Program-made: the position numbers and the translations under genes | DNA from: Methanobacteriota archaeon | GTDB taxonomy: Archaea > Methanobacteriota > Methanobacteria > Methanobacteriales > Methanobacteriaceae | Length of the DNA: 64,000 nucleotides | Assembly (NCBI GenBank): GCA_963787255.1 | Contig: CAWBCJ010000029.1 | Location: 800,001-864,000, forward strand | Direction of reading: 5' to 3' | Notes under the pieces: model-generated | Databases searched by the model: none | Told to the model about the DNA's origin: nothing | What the model saw: the letters and a program-made list of their open reading frames with translations, nothing else | Shown: positions 55,467 to 64,000 of the stretch, one piece after another | How positions within the stretch are numbered: position 1 is the first letter of the stretch | Layout: each line of letters opens with the position of its first letter

Positions 55467-56294
55467 ATGGAACCAATGGCACTGAAAAAGGAAATCTTAA
55501 AAAAGTGCAGAGAACTTCAAATACCTCTTGTAGGATTTGCACCAGTTAGTAGATGGGAAAATCCTCCTGAAGAACTTCCGAATAAATTTAATGAATGGAT
55601 TCCAAAGGATTTCTGGCCGCAGTCAATATATCCTGAAACTAAAACAGTGATTGTAATAGGATTACCTGTATCGCTTCCTATAGTTGAAACTGCCCCTTCA
55701 ATATATTATCACGAGCTTTACAATACGGTAAATAATGCTCTTGACTTGAAAGCTTATGAAATAGCTAATTTCTTGACTGATAAGGGTTATCCTTCAATCT
55801 ATGTTCCAAGGGACTGTTATGGAGACATTGAAGTGCTTCTTGAAAATCCATTTGCATTCTTTTCACACAAACATGCAGCATATCTTGCAGGTTTGGGATC
55901 TTTCGGGCAAAATAATGTTCTTTTAACTCCAGAATATGGTCCGAGGGTTAGATTTACTTCAATATTTACACAAGCGGAAATAGAGGGCGACCCCATAAAA
56001 ACTGAAGATTTATGCACAAAATGCCTTGCATGTGTTAAAGAATGTCCTGTTAATGCAATTAAGGAAGAAGGAGATTTTCCACCTCCTGTTGATAAAATAA
56101 GTTGTGCTCAAAGGAGTAAGAAGCTTCGAAAAGAGTTTAGATCACCTTGTGGAATCTGTATAAAAGTCTGTCCTGTTGGAGAAGATAGAAAAATGTTTAA
56201 TCGGGAAGATACATCCATATATGATGAAAATAAAACTCCGGAAATTTATAAAAAAGCATGGAAGCACGTAAGAAGTTATGGAAGTAAAAAATAA
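55467..56294 (+). CDS. Epoxyqueuosine reductase-like Fe-S protein
   Basis: SHKHAAYLAGLGSFG, TPEYGPRVR, CTKCLACVKECP, CGICIKVCP. Confidence 0.8.
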   Translation: MEPMALKKEILKKCRELQIPLVGFAPVSRWENPPEELPNKFNEWIPKDFWPQSIYPETKTVIVIGLPVSLPIVETAPSIYYHELYNTVNNALDLKAYEIANFLTDKGYPSIYVPRDCYGDIEVLLENPFAFFSHKHAAYLAGLGSFGQNNVLLTPEYGPRVRFTSIFTQAEIEGDPIKTEDLCTKCLACVKECPVNAIKEEGDFPPPVDKISCAQRSKKLRKEFRSPCGICIKVCPVGEDRKMFNREDTSIYDENKTPEIYKKAWKHVRSYGSKK

Positions 56295-56338
56295 AAATTT
56301 AAGATAATATCAAAAAGTAATTAAAAAACGGTGATTAC

Positions 56339-57518
56339 ATGGATAATTTATTTGCAGATAGAATGAATAATGTTCACAAATCATTTATCCGAGAAATACT
56401 AAAGGTTACTGAAGATAAGACCATCATTTCATTTGGTGGAGGTCTTCCAAATCCTAAATCATTTCCTGTAGAGGAGATAAACAAAGCATCATCTAAAGTT
56501 TTATCAAAAAATGGTGAAGAAATTCTTCAATATAGTACAACCGAAGGATATTTGCCATTGCGGGAATACATCGCAGAAAGATACTCAAAAAATGGATTAA
56601 AAGTCGATGCTGATGAAATATTGATTACAAACGGCTCACAGCAAGGAATTGACCTTGTTAGTAAGGTATTTTTAAATAAAGGAGATAAAGTTCTGGTTGA
56701 AAACCCAACATATCTTGCTGCAATACAATCTTTTGGGTTATTTGAGCCTGAATTTAAATCAGTTCCCTTGATGGAGGATGGAGCAGACATTGATGTTCTT
56801 AAAAAGGATATTTGATGAAAATAAAATAAAACTTTTCTATTCAGTCACAAATTTCCAGAATCCAACAGGAATTACTTATTCCAAGGAAAAGAGACAGAAA
56901 TTAGCTGAAATCCTTAAAAATGAGGATACAATTTTTGTAGAAGATAATCCATATGGAGAAATAAGATTCATAGGAGAAGATATCCTTCCAGTTAAAGCCT
57001 ATCTTGAAAAGGGCATTCTTTTCGGTTCATTCTCCAAAATTGTATCTCCAGGAATGAGATTAGGTTGGATTGTTGCAAATGAAGAAATTATGGATAAAAT
57101 AATCATTGCAAAACAGGCATCAGACCTTCATTCTAATTATTTCACCCAGAGAGTTGTTTATCAGTATCTAATTGATAATAACGTTGATGAACACATTGAA
57201 AAGATAAAAGAGATGTACAGAAATCAGAGAAACTTGATGGTTTCAATGATAGAAGAGCATTTTCCAGAAGGTGTTGAATATACTAAGCCTGAAGGTGGAA
57301 TGTTTTTGTGGGTTACTCTTCCTGAAGGATTATCTTCAACAGAATTATTTAACATTGCAATTAAAGAAAACGTGGCATTTGTTCCAGGTAAGGCTTTTTT
57401 CACTGATGGAAGGGGAGATAACACATTGAGACTTAACTTTTCCAATTCAGATGAAGAAAGAATAGAAGAAGGTATTAAAAGGCTTGGAAAGGCCATTTAT
57501 GAGTTAATGGATAGATAA
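56339..57518 (+). CDS. PLP-dependent aminotransferase (MocR/ARO8-like), frameshift near 56807
   Basis: GGGLP, LQYSTTEG, GSQQG, NFQNPTG, EDNPY, SFSKIVSPGMRLGW. Confidence 0.88.
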
Positions 57519-57554
57519 TATTTTCATTTATTGAAAATTAAAGGTTTTAATAAT

Positions 57555-58466
57555 ATGAAGACTATAATAAAAGCCAAGGAACCTTATAATTTTGATTTAA
57601 GTTGCAGGATTTTTTCTGATGGTGATCCTCAAATCCGTAAATACGAAAAAATGGAATTCTGGCAAGTTTTGAGGGTAAATAATAAATTGATCCATATCAG
57701 CGTAAAATCTTCAGGAAATGTTGATAAACCAGAATTAGTCTTTGAATTAAAATCCAATGGAAATATTTCGGATGAAGATAAAGAGCTTACCTTAAAAATC
57801 GTTTCCAATATTTTCAACATGGATTTTGATCTTTCATTTTTTTATGAATCTGTGAAAAATGATAAAATCATGTTTAAATTGACTAAACGGCTTTTTGGAC
57901 TTAAAACTCCTACTACACCCACGGTTTTTGAAGCATTAGTTGATTCAATAGTGGAGCAACAGATATCTTTGAAGGCGGCTCACAGTATTGAAAGGAGAAT
58001 TATCAAAACATTTGGAAGTACTTTAAACATAGGAAGCCATATTTATTATGCATTTCCAACACCTGATCAATTAAATAATGCACCGGAAGATCAACTTCGT
58101 GGATGCGGCTTAAGTTTTAGGAAGATAGAGTACATAAAGAGTATATCAAAACTCATCGTAGAAGGAAAATTGGATTTAGAGAAATTCAAAGAGTATGAAA
58201 ACATAGATCAAATAATCGATGAACTTTGCAAAATAAGAGGAATAGGGCTTTGGACAGCAGAATTGACAATAATTAGGGGACTAAACAGGCTTGATTCGTT
58301 TCCTGCAGATGACATAGGGATTAGAAGGGTTATTTCACATTATTATTGTGATGATAGAAAGATTTCAAGTGATGAAGCACGTAAAATAGCTGAAAACTGG
58401 GGAAAATGGAAAGGATTGGCCAGTTTTTATTTAATTATTGCTGAAATGACCAATATCACAATTTAA
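57555..58466 (+). CDS. alkA: DNA-3-methyladenine glycosylase II (AlkA, HhH-GPD)
   Basis: EQQISL, FPTP, IRGIGLWTAE, FPADD. Confidence 0.9.
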   Translation: MKTIIKAKEPYNFDLSCRIFSDGDPQIRKYEKMEFWQVLRVNNKLIHISVKSSGNVDKPELVFELKSNGNISDEDKELTLKIVSNIFNMDFDLSFFYESVKNDKIMFKLTKRLFGLKTPTTPTVFEALVDSIVEQQISLKAAHSIERRIIKTFGSTLNIGSHIYYAFPTPDQLNNAPEDQLRGCGLSFRKIEYIKSISKLIVEGKLDLEKFKEYENIDQIIDELCKIRGIGLWTAELTIIRGLNRLDSFPADDIGIRRVISHYYCDDRKISSDEARKIAENWGKWKGLASFYLIIAEMTNITI

Positions 58467-58487
58467 AAAGAAAAAAAGAATCTTTAG

Positions 58488-59030
58488 TTAAACACTTTTT
58501 GGTATATTTGAATCAATAATCTCTTCTTCAGCCAGTTTACCATTTTTAGTCATATTATAAGCTATTAAAAGACATATTAGAATTATTGGAATTAATATGT
58601 CAATGTATAGTGCATAACCAGCATTTCCTGGTGCCATATTTCCTGTCTGCATTATATTTACTATATGAACGTAAGCAGCTCCAAAATAGAATACAGATAT
58701 AGCTATTACAGTCGCTGTCTGGAAATTATCTCTGAATTTCCAGCATAAAATTCCTAAAATTCCGTAGGATAGATTTGCAATTCCAACTTCTAACTGGAAT
58801 GGATTGCCTGCAGGCCAACCTATCATAGCGGCAATGGTATTTGACATAAATACATGACCTATAAAGGCCCATATTGAGCCAATTCCAACAATTATCAATA
58901 AAAACCACAGTAAAAACACTTCAAAAACTCTGTTTTTTGTTTTAGGCGCTTTACTTAAAAATAAATGTAACACAGCACCAATCAATGTTATTAGTATAAA
59001 AATATATATCATATCCATTATATGAACCAC
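58488..59030 (-). CDS. Membrane protein (DUF6790-like)
   Basis: Several TM helices, IGW..GNPFQLEVG.ANL, APGNAG. Confidence 0.65.
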   Translation of the reverse strand: MVHIMDMIYIFILITLIGAVLHLFLSKAPKTKNRVFEVFLLWFLLIIVGIGSIWAFIGHVFMSNTIAAMIGWPAGNPFQLEVGIANLSYGILGILCWKFRDNFQTATVIAISVFYFGAAYVHIVNIMQTGNMAPGNAGYALYIDILIPIILICLLIAYNMTKNGKLAEEEIIDSNIPKSV

Positions 59031-59185
59031 CCTATGCGTATTTAAATCTATTAGAGTCTATATAATGGGGATATATAAATGTTTATAAAAATAGTTAATT
59101 AAAATGTAATTTTACTTCCGCTGCCCAAAAATTTTATATTTTAAAGTGAGGATTCTTGGTAAGCTTTTTTAAAGAAAAGTTTGAG

Positions 59186-59270
<85 letters not shown>

Positions 59271-59365
59271 AAATGAATTATAAAAGTCAGTAAAAAAGAT
59301 GATTGTTTTTGATTGTTTATAATAGTTTGGTTTTCTTCCTTAAAATGATTTGTTTTTTTATAAAA

Positions 59366-59677
<312 letters not shown>

Positions 59678-59812
59678 AATAGGTATTGTTATTATACTAT
59701 TTGAACCTTTTGATCAGATTATTTTTATTTCAGCTATTCTGAATATTATATGATTTAAAATCTTTTTTTTATTCCTTAATTTTAACTTAACTAGAATTCA
59801 TAATTAATAGAT

Positions 59813-60796
59813 ATGGAATGGTTGCTGATAATTGGAGTTATTACCGGTGTTTATTTAGCAAGTAACATTGGAGCTAATGACATTGGAAATTCTATGGGAA
59901 CTGCTGTAGGAAGCGGCGTTATTAAAATGAGGCAGGCCCTAATAGTAGGGGCTATATTCATGTTCATTGGCGCAGTTTTTTTAAGCAGCAATGTCATAAA
60001 AACCATATCTGGAGGAATAGTTGATACATCATTTATAACTCCTATTGGGGCAGTAATAGCTACTTTAACTGCAGGATTATGGGTAAGTATTTCTATTTTG
60101 AGAAAGACACCAGTTTCGGGAAGCCATTCAATGGTTGGGGCGATTTTTGGCTATGGTCTTGTTTATGCAGGTTTAAATCATATAAAATGGGACTCTTTGT
60201 TGATTATAGGGTTAAGCTGGATTGCATCACCATTATTAGGTGCTTTAATTGGATTTATATTTTATTATTCTTTAAGAACTCTCATACTTGAAAAAGTCAG
60301 AAGCATATCTGTAAGTGGTAGAATTGAGAAGATTTTTTCTTATCTACAAATTTTTAGTTCTTGTTTCGCTGCTTTAGGAATAGGTGCTATTGATATTGCT
60401 GCTGCAACAGGAGTAATGATTGCAGTAGTTGGAACAAGTTCAGGTACAGATATAAAACTTTTAGGTGCTTTGGGACTTGTTGCAGGTATATTAGTTGCAG
60501 GGAATAGAATTGTTGGCACCGTTGGGAAAAGAATAACTAATTTGGTCCCTACAAGAGGAGTTTCGGCCCAAATATCTGCAGCATCGGTTATTTTAACATT
60601 CGCGTTTTTAGGAATGCCTATATCTCCAACTCAAACACTTGTTGGTTCTGTAATTGGAGTGGGTCTTGCAAGAAGAACCCGTGACGTTGGTGGAGATGTA
60701 ATAAAACAAATTTTATCATCATGGCTGCTTACATTTCCTATTTGTGCTGTAATATCTGGAATTCTTTACTTTATCATATCTACTTTAGTCGGCTAA
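59813..60796 (+). CDS. PiT-family inorganic phosphate transporter
   Basis: GANDIGNSMGT, PVSGSHS, GMPISPTQ. Confidence 0.9.
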   Translation: MEWLLIIGVITGVYLASNIGANDIGNSMGTAVGSGVIKMRQALIVGAIFMFIGAVFLSSNVIKTISGGIVDTSFITPIGAVIATLTAGLWVSISILRKTPVSGSHSMVGAIFGYGLVYAGLNHIKWDSLLIIGLSWIASPLLGALIGFIFYYSLRTLILEKVRSISVSGRIEKIFSYLQIFSSCFAALGIGAIDIAAATGVMIAVVGTSSGTDIKLLGALGLVAGILVAGNRIVGTVGKRITNLVPTRGVSAQISAASVILTFAFLGMPISPTQTLVGSVIGVGLARRTRDVGGDVIKQILSSWLLTFPICAVISGILYFIISTLVG

Positions 60797-60866
60797 GCAC
60801 TAATGGAATTGTTATGCTAAAAATATATTTAAAATGGTATTTTAGGGCTAAAAATGAATATTTTTT

Positions 60867-61262
60867 TTAATCTTTTATGGCCCTTATAATGTCGCCGTCA
60901 GAAATTATGCCCTTTATTTTTTTATCATCAATAACAATCAGCTGATTAACTATACCTTCATCTGTACCATGTTCGTTCATTTTTTCAACTGCAGTACGTA
61001 AATTATCTTCTGGCTCTACGCAGGCAATATTGGTTACCATCACTTCTGCAACAGTTGTTCCCAGCTCATATTTGTCAAGTATTAGGTTATGTCCTAGGTC
61101 TGTTGCTGTTACGATACCTATTAATTTTTCATTGTCAACTACTGGAAGAGCGCTTACCTTGTATTTCATTAATTTTTCAAAGGCGAAAACAACGTCTTCA
61201 TCTGGAGAAACGGTTATAACGTTCTCAGTCATCACTTCTTTAACTTTCTGTTTCTCTAACAT
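60867..61262 (-). CDS. CBS-domain protein
   Basis: Two CBS repeats (VKEVMT...LIGIVT; VAEVMV...GIISDGD). Confidence 0.9.
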   Translation of the reverse strand: MLEKQKVKEVMTENVITVSPDEDVVFAFEKLMKYKVSALPVVDNEKLIGIVTATDLGHNLILDKYELGTTVAEVMVTNIACVEPEDNLRTAVEKMNEHGTDEGIVNQLIVIDDKKIKGIISDGDIIRAIKD

Positions 61263-62157
61263 CTTCTTCACTTCCATAAGTTTTGGTAAGATTTTCTATT
61301 ATGCAATCAATTGTCGTAGTAACGTCTATATTTTCAATAACTGGAATATCGTATTTTTGTGCCTGACTTTCAAAGTATTTGTGGGTTCTTCTTATTGCTC
61401 CAAAGTAATTCATGTATCGTTTAAGAGGTCTTCGAGCCCATAGTTGTCTGCATCTTGAATAGAATCTTCCTTTATGAACTTCTTCATCAGGTAGGGTTAG
61501 AATAAACATTGCAACATTATGCTTGTTTACAAGGTCTTCATTAATAAAACCGGGCACTATGTGAACGCCCTCTATTACTATGCTGATTCCTTCCTTTAAA
61601 GCTCTTTCAATTACTGCTTCTACGCCTACACTAACTGTATCAACGTGGTCTCTAAATCCAATAAGAACTTCATCAAGCTCTGGTGGCGGTGGTATCCTTA
61701 AAGATTTATAGGCAGTATAACTTGATTCGAATATGGTTGGCAGCAGTTCTTTTGATACCATTTTACGCATAACTTCTCTTATGATATCAGTACTGGTCAT
61801 ATTCCTTATTCCAAGCCGATTCGCCACTTCAAAAGCGATTGATGAAGTTCCAACTCCAGAAGCGCCCCCTATAAGTATAATCAGAGGTTCTCTGCACTTT
61901 CGAATCCTTCTCCACAAACCGTACTTTTCAGCAATTTCTTCATCTTCTCTTTTTAATTTTGAACGGACAATGCCAATCAAATCTTCCAGACTGATAATTT
62001 CAATGCCTTTTTTTCTTAAATGGTCTTCTATTTGAGATGCAAATGTATATGCCTTGTTTGGGTCCATTTCTGCACGAGTTAAAGATCTTGCCAGGACTCC
62101 TTTAGAAAAGGGTTCAGTGTACTTTTTCCCGCTAACTTCGCCTTCCACCATTATCAT
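61240..62157 (-). CDS. pgk2: 2-phosphoglycerate kinase
   Basis: ATP-cone [33 protein letters not shown]. Confidence 0.9.
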   Translation of the reverse strand: MIMVEGEVSGKKYTEPFSKGVLARSLTRAEMDPNKAYTFASQIEDHLRKKGIEIISLEDLIGIVRSKLKREDEEIAEKYGLWRRIRKCREPLIILIGGASGVGTSSIAFEVANRLGIRNMTSTDIIREVMRKMVSKELLPTIFESSYTAYKSLRIPPPPELDEVLIGFRDHVDTVSVGVEAVIERALKEGISIVIEGVHIVPGFINEDLVNKHNVAMFILTLPDEEVHKGRFYSRCRQLWARRPLKRYMNYFGAIRRTHKYFESQAQKYDIPVIENIDVTTTIDCIIENLTKTYGSEEDVRETES

Positions 62158-62395
62158 TTTCAATTTTTCACCCCAAATAGAACGATGAATTTGAGTTAAA
62201 TTTATATTTTCTTATTTTTATAAAAACTTAGCTCATTTAATTTTAAATTCAGACTGTTATTATATTGTAAGTCAAATGAGGGTCTGCATAATTGCATGTT
62301 ACATTTTTTAATTTTTAGATTATTACTTTAAATAGTTATACTATTTTCAGTTTGGATGATTTAAATTTCTTTTTTTACCAGATTAAGAAATATCC

Positions 62396-63064
62396 TTAAA
62401 GATGTATAAGTTCTGTAGATATTTTGAATTTCCCAGTTTCTTCATGTATTTCTACAATGCCTGCATATCCCTGGGAAGATTCTCCAGGATTTATAATGAT
62501 AGTATCCCCTATTTTATCAATTGCCCTTGATTCATGTATATGTCCACATACATTCAACGTTGGCTGAAATTCTTCTATTATTTTTCTGACACTTTCACTT
62601 CCTGCATGGCTGCCTGAAGGTAAAACATCTGTTTTAGTGTTATATGGGGGTGCGTGAGTAACAAGTATCCTTATTTCTTCATTTTCTATCTCACTCATTA
62701 ATTTCTCAAGCTGACCGTATATCTGTATTTCAGCAAATTCCAGAGGTGTGTTGAAAGGTGTTGTATTTGAACCTCCAAAACCACATATACCTATATTTTT
62801 CAGTATTAATGATTTATTATGTATGTTGACAGCATTGGAACTTTCTATTTCGCTATAAATGTATGTCTGGTCGCAATTACCAGGTATGGCCAGAGTAAGA
62901 GTATCAAAGATACATATTTCGTTTAATATTTCTTCCCCTAATTTTTCAGGCCCAAAATGGGTTATGTCTCCGGTTAATATGATGAGGTCCACTTGATTTT
63001 TTTGGAGGTAATTAACTATTTTCATGCATTGTCCGTGTATGTCTCCCATTATAAGAATTTTCAT
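62396..63064 (-). CDS. Metallophosphoesterase
   Basis: GDIHG, GDIT, PGNCD, THAPP, CGHIHE, NPG. Confidence 0.92.
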   Translation of the reverse strand: MKILIMGDIHGQCMKIVNYLQKNQVDLIILTGDITHFGPEKLGEEILNEICIFDTLTLAIPGNCDQTYIYSEIESSNAVNIHNKSLILKNIGICGFGGSNTTPFNTPLEFAEIQIYGQLEKLMSEIENEEIRILVTHAPPYNTKTDVLPSGSHAGSESVRKIIEEFQPTLNVCGHIHESRAIDKIGDTIIINPGESSQGYAGIVEIHEETGKFKISTELIHL

Positions 63065-63148
63065 GTAAAAATCTCCTTGATTTAAAATAAAAATTTTATA
63101 TAATACATTAAATGTAAAAAAAGGGATTGGAAACAATTCCATTGTTGT

Positions 63149-63676
63149 CTATTCGCTGAAAAATGAAGCTATTTCCTTTAAACTTTCTTTAACAGCGTCT
63201 TTATCCCCATAAATTGCAACCACGTCATCTTCTTCAAATTCAATTATAACACCGTGGGTTTCTGCAATGTCGTTTAGTCTTTCTTCAGATAATGGTTCTT
63301 TGAAAGTTACTCTAACCATTGAAAAACCTGCAGGAGCCCCAACCACAAATCTGGGTGATGTTTCTTCTTTTTCAACTACTTTTTCTCCCCTTGAAGCTCT
63401 TATAAGCTTCTGTAACCACTCTTCTTTATATTCAATGCCAACTTCTTCTGCAATATCCAGTAGAGTATCCTGAATTGAATTTGAGAAGTCATTAATTCTT
63501 TTCAGTTCTTTCATCATTTCAGGGTTGGTTGGATCAGAAGCATAGAAATTTATGGTACTTTTAGCTAACCTAACATTTTTAGGTACTTCTTCTGGAATTT
63601 CCATTCCTTTCTTTCGCAAGTCAGTTAGAAGGTCTACTAGAATCAACCATGTTTGTTCTACTGGTAAATCGTTCAT
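63149..63676 (-). CDS. DUF2096-family methanogen protein
   Basis: EQTWLILVDLLTDL N-terminal motif typical of the family. Confidence 0.7.
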   Translation of the reverse strand: MNDLPVEQTWLILVDLLTDLRKKGMEIPEEVPKNVRLAKSTINFYASDPTNPEMMKELKRINDFSNSIQDTLLDIAEEVGIEYKEEWLQKLIRASRGEKVVEKEETSPRFVVGAPAGFSMVRVTFKEPLSEERLNDIAETHGVIIEFEEDDVVAIYGDKDAVKESLKEIASFFSE

Positions 63677-63939
63677 AAATGTCCTTCCAGTATTTTTTTA
63701 GTGTTATAATTTAGTTTAGCGTCAGCTTCTTTCAATTCGTTCTCTATTTCGGTAATATCTTTGTAAGAATTCAGTAATAGAGCGTGGTGACTTTGTGTAC
63801 CCTTTATGTTTAAAATTGCGATTTCTTCATTTTCATCTATGTCTTTATTTTCAAGTGAAGCCTTATATCTTACATAGGGGCCATATTCTTGAGGTAACTC
63901 TTCAAATTTAAATATTCCAACCAATGTAGCAATGAACAT
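63673..63939 (-). CDS. DUF749-family protein
   Basis: FIATL..., AILNIKGTQS, LN..TKKILEG. Confidence 0.7.
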   Translation of the reverse strand: MFIATLVGIFKFEELPQEYGPYVRYKASLENKDIDENEEIAILNIKGTQSHHALLLNSYKDITEIENELKEADAKLNYNTKKILEGHL

Positions 63940-64000
63940 AAAAACACCTCGAAACTAATTTTTTTCAAAAAATTTTACTAATTCTAGTTTAAATATATAA

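Overview
AT-rich archaeal chromosomal window. Gene content (F420-linked proteins, FBP aldolase/phosphatase, 2-phosphoglycerate kinase, DUF2070/DUF2096/DUF749, archaeal SRP RNA) points to a Methanobacteriales methanogen, probably Methanobacterium-like. Left to right: the end of pdxS; a nitrogen-assimilation cluster (decayed P-II, two amt-glnK pairs, a four-gene archaeal glutamate synthase operon headed by pdxT, three NrpR-type GGAA-N6-TTCC operators); central-metabolism genes; rqcH; a three-gene two-component cassette; a MurG-like GT to oapABC operon; a surface-glycosylation locus (about 31.4-46.4 kb); coaD, transport and acyl-CoA genes; tRNA-Ser and SRP RNA; housekeeping genes. The most striking unexplained structure is in the glycosylation locus. 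It holds two displaced 3' ends of yjjX, more decayed with distance from the intact gene and one bounded by a perfect 22-bp repeat, plus two displaced copies of a class III signal-peptide pilin gene. This suggests glycosylation modules accumulated serially from both sides, with no integrase in view. Several conserved genes carry single-base frameshifts that look like consensus errors. All family assignments come from motif recognition by eye, not database searches.
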